Shown here: positions 1 through 12,312 of the stretch, piece by piece
Numbering within the stretch: position 1 is the stretch's first letter
Layout: every line of letters starts with the position of its first letter
DNA from: Promethearchaeota archaeon
Lineage (GTDB): Archaea > Asgardarchaeota > Lokiarchaeia > Sigyniarchaeales > SOKP01
NCBI GenBank assembly: GCA_048939015.1
Contig: JBHLPW010000022.1
Span: 1-64,000, forward strand
Direction: 5' to 3'
Length of the DNA stretch: 64,000 nucleotides
Position numbers and translations under genes: made by a program
The notes under the pieces: model-generated
What the model saw: the letters and a program-made list of their open reading frames with translations, nothing else
What the model was told of the DNA's origin: nothing
Databases searched by the model: none

Positions 1-2
1 AT

Positions 3-311
3 GATGGTAAAATAACATTAAACGAAGATTGGAATTTTGAGGAACAAGGATATTTAAAAGAGAATAAGATTTTTTATAGCGGAAGTGATGAGCTCATATT
101 ATCTTTTCATAAAGAAAAAAGTGAAATACAGAATCATCATAATAATAGGATGATCTATTTAAGGGGAGAAGGTATTGAGAATCTAACAGATATAGATTTC
201 TTTGGTATTAGTGCGATTCTTCTTGAATTGTTTGCTGGTGCAGGAGAATCTGAAGGAGATGATGAAAGTATACTTGATGATGTTTCCGATTTCCTTGACG
301 ATTTATTGTAA
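3..311 (+). CDS. 3' part of a hypothetical protein (truncated by window start), acidic C-terminus
   Basis: Frame 3 is open from position 3 to TAA at 309-311: DGKITLNEDWNFEEQG...ESILDDVSDFLDDLL*. Confidence 0.7.
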   Translation, partial: DGKITLNEDWNFEEQGYLKENKIFYSGSDELILSFHKEKSEIQNHHNNRMIYLRGEGIENLTDIDFFGISAILLELFAGAGESEGDDESILDDVSDFLDDLL

Positions 312-336
312 ATTTACTAAAAAATAATTATTAAGT

Positions 337-771
337 TTATTTTATTTTATTTCCTTTACAATCATCACATTCATAGTATATGTCAATGCGTTGTCCTTTT
401 GGTTCAATTCCAATATCTGATATAATGCCATTCCATAATTCTTTAAGATTTTCGGCTTTATAATCGAATATTTTTCCACATTTTGTACATACCATATTGA
501 TGTGTAGTTCCATATCGGGATCGTATCTAACACGATCTTCAGTAAATCCCAATTTTTGTACTAAACCTAATTCTTCAAATAAATCTAGAGTTTTATAAAC
601 TGTTCCTAAACTTATAGTAGGATAACTATTCTTTAATGCTTGGTAAATCTGATCTGCAGAGGGATGATCTTTTCTTGAAAATATATAGGTATAGATTGCT
701 AATCGTTGAGTGGTAGCTTTATATCCATTTTTGCGAAAGAGAGTAAGTAATTCTTGATCATCCATGAACAA
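337..771 (-). CDS. Fur-family transcriptional regulator, PerR-like
   Basis: TxQRxxI, HPSADQIY, SLGTVYKTL, H-x-x-x-x-CxxC and C-terminal CxxC motifs; directly downstream of katG on the same strand. Confidence 0.9.
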   Translation of the reverse strand: MFMDDQELLTLFRKNGYKATTQRLAIYTYIFSRKDHPSADQIYQALKNSYPTISLGTVYKTLDLFEELGLVQKLGFTEDRVRYDPDMELHINMVCTKCGKIFDYKAENLKELWNGIISDIGIEPKGQRIDIYYECDDCKGNKIK

Positions 772-823
772 TCTAAGTTATTCTTATTATTTTTATAAAA
801 TTATATAAAAAAAAAATTTTATT

Positions 824-3079
<2,256 letters not shown>

Positions 3080-3341
3080 TCAAATTTGGATGGAATCTAA
3101 ATTCAATTCTCAGATAGATTCCTAAATAATAACTATTATTAGTTAGCTTTAGCTTTTAAAAAATATTATGATTTTATCTTATAACGTCAGCTTTTATATA
3201 GTTGACTCTGATGTTAAAGCATAGTGCAATTTACCTATAGAATAAAATTTTGTATATTTATGTTTAATAGATGTAACTTATTACATAATACCATCTTAAT
3301 TAATTTTAATTTTTCAGAAATATATTATTAATGTAATTTCT

Positions 3342-4220
3342 ATGCGTTCAAAAGAATTTTATGAAGGATTTATGGAAATCGCATTCGAAGAAGCAAAAAT
3401 TTCTTTAAAAGAGGGTAATAAAGGTTTTGGTGTAGTCATAGTAAAAAATGATAAGATTTTAGCACAATCACATGATACTGAAATAACTGATAACGACCCT
3501 ACTGCTCATGCTGAAATTAATTGTATAAAAGAAGTAACAAAAATAATTGGTAGAGAGTTAGAAGATTGTATTTTAATTTCTACTCATGAACCTTGTCCTA
3601 TGTGTATGACTGCAATAATATGGTCGAAGATTCCTGAATTAGTTTATGGAGTGAGTATTGAAGATTCTCTAAAAGAAGGACGAAAGTTAATTAATATTAC
3701 AAGCAAAGAAATCCAATCTCGTTCAAAAGCCAATATCATAATAAATGAAGGAATTCTAAAAGAAAAATGTTCTAAACTTTATAATACTAAAATAAGAGAA
3801 TATATAAAGCAATTAACGAAAACTACACCAGATGATTGGAAAAAATATGGAAAAGAACTTTTAGAAAAGAGAAAAAAATGGTTCATTGAGCATAAATCCC
3901 AAATAGATAAACTAAATGGAAGCGATATTGAAAAAGCTTACAAACTTCTCATTATGAAATTAGAAATAAATGAAGAAGAAATCCCGATTGTAAAAAAAAC
4001 TGAAAATAAATTGGTTTTTCATTCAAAAAACTTTTGCCCTTCTCTGGAAGCATGCAAAATTTTAAATTTAGATACAAAAATAATTTGTAAGAAAATTTTT
4101 GAAGAACCAACCAATAAATTTATTAAAATGATAAATCCAAAATTAGAATTTGCTAGAAATTATAACTTTATTAGACCTTATTCAAAATATTGCGAAGAAG
4201 TAATTATCCTTCATGATTAG
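3342..4220 (+). CDS. nucleoside/nucleotide deaminase (TadA/guanine deaminase-like) fused to a C-terminal Cys-rich domain
   Basis: DPTAHAE and EPCPMC zinc-deaminase motifs in the N-terminal ~150 aa; C-terminal FCPSLEAC...IC...YCEE. Confidence 0.85.
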   Translation: MRSKEFYEGFMEIAFEEAKISLKEGNKGFGVVIVKNDKILAQSHDTEITDNDPTAHAEINCIKEVTKIIGRELEDCILISTHEPCPMCMTAIIWSKIPELVYGVSIEDSLKEGRKLINITSKEIQSRSKANIIINEGILKEKCSKLYNTKIREYIKQLTKTTPDDWKKYGKELLEKRKKWFIEHKSQIDKLNGSDIEKAYKLLIMKLEINEEEIPIVKKTENKLVFHSKNFCPSLEACKILNLDTKIICKKIFEEPTNKFIKMINPKLEFARNYNFIRPYSKYCEEVIILHD

Positions 4221-4391
4221 TATTTTAGATGATGATTATTGATAAAACCTCTACATTCGATCAAATAGTTGAAGTTCATAGTTATATTGATAAAGATCAT
4301 AAGAAGGGAAATGTAGTTATAAAAATAATAGAATGATTAATCATGAAAGTATAAAAAGTTTCTTCTAATTTTTTTCTACTGTTATAATTTT

Positions 4392-4832
4392 CTAGTTTTT
4401 AAGTTTAACTATGTTGTAAATCAAGGCGGCTATAAACGCAAAGAAGAAGAAAGACACAATCCATCCCCATGTATAATCGAGTCTGAGGGCTCCAAATAGG
4501 AATGAAAAGCAAGCTGCCCACTCGACGATGATATATGGAACATGTTGGCTTGGTTTTGAACGAAAATCAATCTTGAAAACCTGGTCAAGCAAAAATTCTA
4601 ACACTAGATAAATGAGGATTAAACTTAGAGAGATTAAAAGTCTCACATTTCTTCCCACAATAACATAATTAATCAACACTAAGATAAGAGGAAAAATCAA
4701 GACAAAAAGGATAATTCCAAATACTTTTACTTTATCTTCCTTGTCATTGGCTGTTAATATAAATACACAAATTATTGATGAGAAAAAAACTAAGCTCGAA
4801 ATTATAAAAATCCAATCAAATAGATCCGTTAG
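4392..4832 (-). CDS. small multi-pass membrane protein; frame extends 44 codons upstream of the track's TTG start
   Basis: Hydrophobic frame LTDLFDWIFIISSLVFFSSIICVFILT...FGIILFVLIFPL is open back to an in-frame TAA, with no ATG/GTG/TTG before 4700; AAAGGTG lies just upstream of CTA(4832)/ACG(4829). Confidence 0.65.
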   Translation of the reverse strand, partial: LTDLFDWIFIISSLVFFSSIICVFILTANDKEDKVKVFGIILFVLIFPLILVLINYVIVGRNVRLLISLSLILIYLVLEFLLDQVFKIDFRSKPSQHVPYIIVEWAACFSFLFGALRLDYTWGWIVSFFFFAFIAALIYNIVKLKN

Positions 4833-4920
4833 GCTCTCGCACCTTTCATTTTAATTGGGTAAAATTAATATCTATTAAAAAAGGTTTTGTATTACACTAA
4901 AGTAGAAAAAAAAATAATGC

Positions 4921-5000
4921 AGCTTATCCTTCATTTCCATATAGAAATCCAGTGATTCTGGGTTGCGAAGAGCTCCACGGTTCGCAACTTACATACCATG
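4921..5000 (-). pseudogene. relic copy of the 3' end of the acetoacetate-CoA ligase gene
   Basis: 67/80 nt identical to 5978-6057; translates HGM*VANRGALRNPESLDFYMEMKDKL versus HGMKVANRGALRNPESLDFYIEMKDKL. Confidence 0.9.
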
Positions 5001-5088
5001 AAGTCTCTTTAGCTAATAAGTTTTAATAATTTTAAAATTCTTTAAAGGATTTAAAGGAAAACCGCTTTTATCTGTGAGTTAAATGGCT

Positions 5089-5868
5089 TTACTTTTTATG
5101 CCCAATAATAAATCTTCCGTGCTTTAACACTTTTTTTGTATTTAATGGAAAGGGTAATTTCGTATATTCTGATAAGAGTTTTGATTCTTCAATTATTCCT
5201 CCATTTTCTTCGACTTTCATTTTTGCAAGCTTAGTATCGGGATAAAATTTTTTATTATCAAATAAATCAAATAAGATAAATTTCCCATTATTCTTTAATA
5301 TACGAATAATTTCCGTCACACATTTAGTCTTATCCTTAGTGTCTTTAACTTCATGGAATGTAAGACAACTCATTGCTGCATTAAATTCGGAATCGTTAAA
5401 TTCTAAATTAGAGGCAGTTCCTTTCTTAAATACTATATTTTTAACTCCTTCCAATTCTGCGTTCTTCATGCATTGTTTTTTACTGTATTCCCAATCAGAA
5501 CCCCAATAATCTACACCTACAAAATCACTCATTTTATTTTGTTTTGCAGCCTTTATTATTAAATTTCCGTTTCCACATCCAACATCAATGATTTTTTTCT
5601 CCCCTTTTAGTCTCTCAATGAATTTTTCATGGATAAAATTCTGATAATTACCCCCTTTTTCTGAAAATTGATAATTTGTTAATGTAATGATAACAGCAAT
5701 ATAACCGAATATAAATGTTGGTATAAACAACACTATAAAATATATCGAATAAACCGCGAGAATAGATAAAATTAAACAAATTAATGTTAGAATCCAAAAG
5801 GTTATTATCTTCTTTTTTCTTATCCAGGTGTTATATCTTGGTCTTGCTTTTATTTGAGTATTGCCCAT
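5089..5868 (-). CDS. class I SAM-dependent methyltransferase with N-terminal TM helices
   Basis: IIDVGCGNG motif I, VGVDYW, CLTFHEV, ILKxxGKF; hydrophobic N-terminus. Confidence 0.88.
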   Translation of the reverse strand: MGNTQIKARPRYNTWIRKKKIITFWILTLICLILSILAVYSIYFIVLFIPTFIFGYIAVIITLTNYQFSEKGGNYQNFIHEKFIERLKGEKKIIDVGCGNGNLIIKAAKQNKMSDFVGVDYWGSDWEYSKKQCMKNAELEGVKNIVFKKGTASNLEFNDSEFNAAMSCLTFHEVKDTKDKTKCVTEIIRILKNNGKFILFDLFDNKKFYPDTKLAKMKVEENGGIIEESKLLSEYTKLPFPLNTKKVLKHGRFIIGHKK

Positions 5869-5967
5869 TTTTACTTTCCTATTTCTTGTAAAGAAATCCT
5901 GACAATAACGATTTCATATTATATTTTCTATGTGATACATTAAATAGCTTTTAAATTAATGAATATG

Positions 5968-7956
5968 TTAGGATTGAAGCTTATCCTTCATTTCTATGTA
6001 GAAGTCCAGCGATTCTGGGTTGCGTAGTGCGCCTCGATTGGCAACTTTCATGCCGTGGATGATTTTGGTTACGGCAATTTCGACTTTCTTGTTGCTGAAC
6101 GTGTAAGGAATCCCGTCTTCTGGTGCTGCGAAGATTAATTTAGGCACATGTCTAGGTGACGTCTTTTCACGTAAAGTTTGTCGAATTTTTGCTTGTAGTT
6201 CATCAGTTAATTCATATCCTTCGTTTAGTAAGACAAACATTACAATACGGATATCTCCTTCCCATTTTTGTCCTATAACTAGCGAGTCAGCTACTTCAGG
6301 TAGCTGTTCTACAACATTATAGATTTCCGCTGTACCAATTCGTACTCCGCTTGGTTTAAGCACTGCATCAGAACGACCCCAGAAGGTAATTCCCCCTGTA
6401 TCACTATGGATAACAATATAATCTCCATGCCGCCAGACATTCTTTCCGATATCCTTGAAATACTCAAAATACGCAGTCTTATATTTCGTCATGTTATCAT
6501 CATCATCCCAAAAATAAATAGGCATTGATGGAGCTGGAGCTTCACATACTAATTCTGCTTGTTCATCTTCAACAGGTTCTCCTTTCCCATTATATGACTC
6601 TACTTTCATCGCTAATGCTCGACCTTGTAATTCTCCAGAATATACGGGAAGTATTGGAATAGCTCCTGCAAAGCATCCGTTAATATCAGTACCTCCACTA
6701 ATAGAATTGAAAAAGAGATCTTGTTTAATTTCTTTATATACGTATTCAAATCCTTCTGGAGATAATGTAGATGCAGTTTGTGAAATTTCTCTTAATTTAC
6801 TTAAGTCATATTTTTCAGCAGGCTTTACTCCCAGACCCATTAAGTAATGGATATATGCTGCACTCGTACCAAAAATGGTTATTCCATGCTTTTCCATTAA
6901 TTCAAAGAAGCTTAATGGTTCTGGATATAAGGGATTTCCATCATAAATAAAGATTGTACAGCCCACAGCCAGTCCACTAATTAGCCAATTCCACATCATC
7001 CATGAAGGTGCAGTAATGTAATTCAATACATCACTTCTTTTACAATCAGTAGAGAGGATTAATTCTTTTAAATGATTGATCAATACGCCACCTGCACTTT
7101 GTACCATGCATTTTGGCTTTCCAGTCGTACCACTTGAGAACATTACATAAATTGGATGGTTAAAGGGTAGTTGTTCAAATTCAAGTGGTACATCTTCTTT
7201 AGCAATAAAGTCTTCCCAATTAACTGCTTTAGGAATACCACTCACATCGCACTTCCCTTCAGTGATATAAGAAACTACTACTACTTTTTCTATAGAGGGA
7301 ATAGCATCTACAACTGTTTTTGAATTCTCTCGAATATCAAATTCCTTTCCTCTATAAAAGTAACCATCTACCGTAAAGAGTACTTTTGGTTCAATCTGAC
7401 CAAATCTATCAATTACGGCACTTGGTTGAAGTTCTGCCCCACAAGAAGCCCATGTAGCTCCAATTGTCGCGGCAGCAAGCATTGCGGTAGGCGTTTCAAT
7501 TAAGTTTGGGATATAAGACACTACTCGGTCTCCCACTTTAACACCTGCATCCTTAAGCGCTTTAGCTAAGCGAGCTACAGTCTTATTCAATTCTGCATAT
7601 GTGATCTGTTTAGATACCTTAGTTTCACCTTGAAAGATGAAAGCTAATTGATTATCCTTATACTTCAAAAGGTTTTCCGCAAAGTTTAACATTGCTCCAG
7701 GAAACCATTTAGTACCTGGAAAAACACTTAAGTCTTCTACTACCTTATCATATGGTTTGGATGCTATAATTCCTGAAAATTTCCACAGTGCTTCCCAAAA
7801 GTCAGGAATTTTTTCAACTGACCATTTATATAGGTCTTTCCCTCCTTTTATGTTTAGATTGTATTCCTTATTTATAAATTCAATAAAATGGGTTGCTTCT
7901 GCATTTTTAATCCATTCATTTGAAGGTTCCCATAGTTTCTTTCGCTCATCATTCAA
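5968..7956 (-). CDS. acetoacetate-CoA ligase
   Basis: WFPGAMLNFAENLL, FSSGTTGKPKC, SISGGTD, WRHGD, GRSDAVLKPSGVRIGTAEIY, SPRHVP, KKVE, NPESLD. Confidence 0.93.
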   Translation of the reverse strand: MNDERKKLWEPSNEWIKNAEATHFIEFINKEYNLNIKGGKDLYKWSVEKIPDFWEALWKFSGIIASKPYDKVVEDLSVFPGTKWFPGAMLNFAENLLKYKDNQLAFIFQGETKVSKQITYAELNKTVARLAKALKDAGVKVGDRVVSYIPNLIETPTAMLAAATIGATWASCGAELQPSAVIDRFGQIEPKVLFTVDGYFYRGKEFDIRENSKTVVDAIPSIEKVVVVSYITEGKCDVSGIPKAVNWEDFIAKEDVPLEFEQLPFNHPIYVMFSSGTTGKPKCMVQSAGGVLINHLKELILSTDCKRSDVLNYITAPSWMMWNWLISGLAVGCTIFIYDGNPLYPEPLSFFELMEKHGITIFGTSAAYIHYLMGLGVKPAEKYDLSKLREISQTASTLSPEGFEYVYKEIKQDLFFNSISGGTDINGCFAGAIPILPVYSGELQGRALAMKVESYNGKGEPVEDEQAELVCEAPAPSMPIYFWDDDDNMTKYKTAYFEYFKDIGKNVWRHGDYIVIHSDTGGITFWGRSDAVLKPSGVRIGTAEIYNVVEQLPEVADSLVIGQKWEGDIRIVMFVLLNEGYELTDELQAKIRQTLREKTSPRHVPKLIFAAPEDGIPYTFSNKKVEIAVTKIIHGMKVANRGALRNPESLDFYIEMKDKLQS

Positions 7957-8065
7957 TATTTTTACGCCTCAAATCTAAAGATATTTTAATTAATGTTTAT
8001 AATTATAAATTGTATTAATTTATTTACATAATACTCATTAAAATAAGAATAATTAGGTGATACTT

Positions 8066-8257
8066 ATAGACGAAAAAGATGAAAGTAAAACTGAGAAAAA
8101 AGGGCAATCTGCTAAAGAGATAGCTGAAATAATGGTTGAAAACATGAAAGCAAATATGGCTAATCCAAATTTTTGGGCAGAAAAAGAAGAGAGACTACAA
8201 GAAGCAAGAGATAAGGCCTTAAAGAAACTAAAGGAAAGACAAGATAACGAAAAATAG
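8066..8257 (+). CDS. small charged helical hypothetical protein
   Basis: 63-aa K/E-rich frame. The track's GTG (8057) lies inside the AGGTGA Shine-Dalgarno motif; ATA at 8066 is 5 nt downstream of it. Confidence 0.55.
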   Translation: MDEKDESKTEKKGQSAKEIAEIMVENMKANMANPNFWAEKEERLQEARDKALKKLKERQDNEK

Positions 8258-8279
8258 CAAATAAGATGAATTTAAGATT

Positions 8280-9761
8280 TCAAGATCTCTTTTTCTTAAA
8301 TTCTACATATTTGCATACTTTGGCAAGAGCATTTACAGGACGATCCCATAATGTAAATAACATTGCTCCATTTTTTCTTAATTTTTTGGACCAGGGAGAG
8401 TTAAAATTCATAGGATTAACATATAATAGCGGTATTGAGTATTTCTGACAATTTTTCATGGTTGGTTGGAGCAATTTCTGGGCTAATGATTCTACAAATT
8501 CATCTGGTTGATGTTGAAATTGAGCATGTTTTGCTATTTGCTCATATTTTAGATATTCATCTAGTACTTCTTGGAATCCTACAACGCCATATTGAATTAT
8601 TGCATCAATTTCTCCAGATTTCATTAAAATTTCTGGCAATGTAATATAAAAATAAGGTAGATCCATATCAAAAGTACAATCCACAGGATTTTTGAAACTT
8701 GCTGTTTTAGGTAAAGCTCTCTTTAATTCTTCTTGAAGTAATTCTGAAAATTCTGGGACAATTAAGCCATGATTTTCTGCATTATTAGCTACCATTGCTC
8801 CCGGACCCCCCGAATTTGTAATAATACCTAGTCGTTTTCCTTTAGGTATTATTCCTTTTGAGAATATATAAGCAATGTCTAAAAATTCTTGAACATAATC
8901 TGTTTTAATAATACCCGTTTCTTTAAAAATTCCTTCATATATTTTAGAATTCCCTGCTAAAGAACCAGTATGACTTTGTAATGCACGATTACCCGCTTTT
9001 GACCCACCCACATAAATTGCAATAATTGGTTTTTTTGGAGTAATTTTTTTTGCTAATTCTAAGAATTTTTTTCCTCTTTTAATTTCTTCAATATATAATC
9101 CGATAATTTCAGTATATTCATCATCTTTATAATACTCTAAGCAATCAACGATATCTATATTCGCTTCATTTCCAACTGATAAAGATCTGCTTAATCCTAA
9201 ATCTATATTCTCGGGATCATACCAAATATGGCAAGAAAGTGTACCTGATTGGGAGGCAATTGAAAATTTACTTCTTTGGAGATTTTCCCATATAAAGATA
9301 TTAAAGGATTTATTTTCTTCATCAGGTCCATACCAGTTGTTATAGACCCCCAGACAATTAGGACCAATAAATCTTATTCCATATTCTTTCACAATATCGT
9401 AGATTTCTTCAGTTAAAGTATTTTTTCGTTCCTCAATTAATTCACGGAAACCCCCTGAGATCAAGACTATTCTTTTTACTCCTTTTTCCCCACATTCCTT
9501 AAATATTTGAGGAACGACCTTAGCAGGGAGTACTATTACAACTAGATCAGGAACTTCTGGTATTTCGTTAATAGATTTATATGCTTTAAATCCCATAACA
9601 GAATCTAATTTTAAGTGAATGGGATATACTTTACCTTCATATCCTGATTTAATTAAATTCATAATTTGAAGGCCAGCTAAGGAGTTACCTTTATTATTTG
9701 CTCCATATATAGTAACACTTTTCGGATTTAGAAATCCATGTAAGAAATGAGACTCATTCAT
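8280..9761 (-). CDS. ADP-forming acetate/acyl-CoA ligase alpha subunit (CoA-binding)
   Basis: PKSVTIYGA, GPNCLG, SQSG, SVGNEA, phospho-His SHTGSLAG, TNSGGPG, NPVD. Confidence 0.9.
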   Translation of the reverse strand: MNESHFLHGFLNPKSVTIYGANNKGNSLAGLQIMNLIKSGYEGKVYPIHLKLDSVMGFKAYKSINEIPEVPDLVVIVLPAKVVPQIFKECGEKGVKRIVLISGGFRELIEERKNTLTEEIYDIVKEYGIRFIGPNCLGVYNNWYGPDEENKSFNIFIWENLQRSKFSIASQSGTLSCHIWYDPENIDLGLSRSLSVGNEANIDIVDCLEYYKDDEYTEIIGLYIEEIKRGKKFLELAKKITPKKPIIAIYVGGSKAGNRALQSHTGSLAGNSKIYEGIFKETGIIKTDYVQEFLDIAYIFSKGIIPKGKRLGIITNSGGPGAMVANNAENHGLIVPEFSELLQEELKRALPKTASFKNPVDCTFDMDLPYFYITLPEILMKSGEIDAIIQYGVVGFQEVLDEYLKYEQIAKHAQFQHQPDEFVESLAQKLLQPTMKNCQKYSIPLLYVNPMNFNSPWSKKLRKNGAMLFTLWDRPVNALAKVCKYVEFKKKRS

Positions 9762-10063
9762 ATATTTTCCCTTATATCAGAAAATATATCATGATTTTAA
9801 AACCTAAATTTTTAGGAATTTATAAATTTTCTACCCTTTTCCTTCCATTAATCTTAACATATTATTAATATTATTTTAAAATAGGCAATATCTGCTTTCT
9901 ATTAATAAAGAGTGTTATAAATATTCCTAATTCTCAGGGATTAGATTTTGTTAAGCTTGATTATTGAATATATATTGTAATAATTTAGGCATGGCTAAAT
10001 TTTAAATATTATACTAAATATTTATAATTAAATATTGAAATCTTACTTATTTGGTGATAAAAT

Positions 10064-10990
10064 ATAAAGATATTAGTTTATGGAGCGGGAGTAATTGGTA
10101 GTATTTTTGCTTATAAGCTTAAAACGGGTGGGAACGATGTATCCATCCTTGCGAGAGGAAAACGTTTAGAGGATTTAAAAAAACATGGGCTTATTGTTCA
10201 AGATGATATTTTTCACAAAGAATACAAGACTGAAATAAATGTTGTAGATCGATTAGCAAAGGAAGATTATTATGATACTATCTTAGTAATAATGCAGCGA
10301 CAACAAGTTAGTCAAATTTTACCTATTCTTAAGGAGAATGTAAGTCCAAATATAATATTCACTGGTAATAACCCCGCAGGAGCAGCAGAATATCTAAAAA
10401 TTATTAAAAGAGATAAGATACTCCTTGGATTTGGAGGTCCTGGGGGATATAGGGAAGATCATAAAATTATTGCGGGCTATGTGGATGATGCTATTTTATA
10501 CGTTGGCGAATTAAATGGAAGTATAAGTGAGAGATTAAAAAATATTGAACAAATATTTTCTAATTCCGGAATAAAAGTGGATATTATTAGGAATATAGAT
10601 GCGTGGTTAAAAAGTCATATGGCATTGATAAGTCCTTTAGCCATGGGAGGGTACGCTGCTAAAAAACGGAATAAGACACTTGGAACAGATATGGAACTCA
10701 CTACCTTAGCACTCGAAGGATTTCGTGAATTTATCAAAGCTTTAAAAGAACTTGGTTTTCCCATTTTACCTAAAAAATTTAAATTGCTTACTTGGATTCC
10801 TATATCGATAATAAGAAGAAAACTTCTTAAACTTTTAAATTCGGAATTTGGTAGAATCGCTTTATCAGGGCATGCTAATGCTGCACAAAATGAAATGAAA
10901 AGGCTTACTGACGATTTATTTGAAGTTGTTAAGAATGTTCAAACAGATTTGAGTAGTAATAAGCAACTATATGAATTAAGTTTTGCTTGA
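10064..10990 (+). CDS. ketopantoate reductase family protein (PanE/ApbA-like), probable ATA start
   Basis: Frame is open from TAA at 10058-10060; ATA-AAG-ATA-TTA-GTT-TAT-GGA-GCG-GGA gives (M)KILVYGAGVIGS, the Rossmann N-terminus missing from the track ORF (10292); GELNG and WLKSH motifs. Confidence 0.85.
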   Translation: MKILVYGAGVIGSIFAYKLKTGGNDVSILARGKRLEDLKKHGLIVQDDIFHKEYKTEINVVDRLAKEDYYDTILVIMQRQQVSQILPILKENVSPNIIFTGNNPAGAAEYLKIIKRDKILLGFGGPGGYREDHKIIAGYVDDAILYVGELNGSISERLKNIEQIFSNSGIKVDIIRNIDAWLKSHMALISPLAMGGYAAKKRNKTLGTDMELTTLALEGFREFIKALKELGFPILPKKFKLLTWIPISIIRRKLLKLLNSEFGRIALSGHANAAQNEMKRLTDDLFEVVKNVQTDLSSNKQLYELSFA

Positions 10991-11066
10991 ATTAAGTTTA
11001 ACTGAGTTTTATAGAAGAGAAACTTACGCAAAAAAGTATTTTAAAAATTTTTAATTTTAAAGTTTC

Positions 11067-12257
11067 ATGGTTAAAATATTTGAAGACTTAAGAATTCTTG
11101 ATTGCTCACAATTCATTTCTGGTCCTTGGGCGGGCACATTTTTCGCGGATCAAGGAGCAGAAGTTATAAGGATTGAACCTCCACCCTATGGAGAGGCATT
11201 TAGATTATTTATTCTTTATGATAAACCTACATTTCCACTATTTTCCATTTTGAATAGAGGTAAGAAATCTATTTCACTTGATTTAAGAAAAGAAGAAGCA
11301 ACTGAGATATTCAATCGGTTAGTAAAAAAATCTGATGTTCTTATAGAAAATTTTGTTCAAGGAACAATGGAAAAATGGGGATTAGGATATGATACCTTAA
11401 AAGAAATTAATCCTAGATTGATTTACGCAAAAATTTCTGGTTATGGAAATCAAGGATTAGAACGATATACTCAGAAAACAGCCTTTGATATAATTATTCA
11501 AGCTGAAGCTGGAATTCTTGATGCTTTGGGCTTTAATGAAGGTCCACCAAGATTACCAATAGCAGATTATACTGCTGGGCATATCGCAGCAATCGGGATA
11601 AGTCAAGCGCTCTACTTTAGAGAAAGAACAGGGAAAGGACAATTTATTGATGTCTCAATGCATGATGTAATGTTTTCTATAAATACTAGAGCTCAAGCGA
11701 AAGAATTTATTCCAAGAGCTCAGAAAATTGATGTAGCATCAAAATATCTTCCAATTTATAATCAATACCATTGCAAAGATGGATTAATTGTATTAACTAC
11801 TTTAACAGAAAAACAATGGATTCGTCTTTGTAATGATGTATTAAATAAACCAGAATTATTAAAAGATTCTCGTTTCGACAATATTATAAAAAGATTCGAT
11901 TATGTTGAGGTATTGGATAAAATAATTGAAGATTGGAGCAAAAGATTCACTCGTAATGAGGCAATTAAACAATTAGAAGCAGTAAGAATCCCTTGTGGTA
12001 AAACTTTACGAATAGACGAAGTACATAACCATCCTAACCTCAAAGAAAGAGGAATGCTATGTAATCAATTTAATTTCTCTAAATGGGGTGTGGACAAAGC
12101 AACGATCCCAAACCGTTTGATAAATTTTTCTGAAACAGAGGGTTCTGTTGAAAGTATAGGTCCTGAATTTGGCATGAATAATGAAGAAATTTACTGTGAT
12201 CTTCTTGGTTACAGTAGAGATAAACTAAAAAGTTGGAAGCAAAAAAAGTTAATATAA
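11067..12257 (+). CDS. family III CoA-transferase (CaiB/BaiF)
   Basis: LRILD..SGP, GAEVIRIEPP, NRGKKSISLDL, DVLIENF, ISGYG, catalytic Asp in PIADY, GKGQFIDVSM. Confidence 0.93.
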   Translation: MVKIFEDLRILDCSQFISGPWAGTFFADQGAEVIRIEPPPYGEAFRLFILYDKPTFPLFSILNRGKKSISLDLRKEEATEIFNRLVKKSDVLIENFVQGTMEKWGLGYDTLKEINPRLIYAKISGYGNQGLERYTQKTAFDIIIQAEAGILDALGFNEGPPRLPIADYTAGHIAAIGISQALYFRERTGKGQFIDVSMHDVMFSINTRAQAKEFIPRAQKIDVASKYLPIYNQYHCKDGLIVLTTLTEKQWIRLCNDVLNKPELLKDSRFDNIIKRFDYVEVLDKIIEDWSKRFTRNEAIKQLEAVRIPCGKTLRIDEVHNHPNLKERGMLCNQFNFSKWGVDKATIPNRLINFSETEGSVESIGPEFGMNNEEIYCDLLGYSRDKLKSWKQKKLI

Positions 12258-12312
12258 AATAGTATATGGATTTTAATATATAAAAAAATTATTTAAAATA
12301 ATTAAAATTAAA

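Noticed and set aside
3342-4220. Idea that the deaminase edits AUA to AUI and so explains the non-canonical starts
   Set aside because: It cannot account for the ATT or CTA cases, and nothing in the sequence links them
4830-4849. Out-of-frame ATG (4849) upstream of the membrane-protein gene as a frameshifted true start
   Set aside because: It gives a 6-codon ORF that overlaps the SD motif itself; not excluded, so this case is treated as weak evidence only
7757-8644. ORFs 7757..7978, 8266..8448, 8435..8644
   Set aside because: Antisense to the CoA ligases; no coding signal
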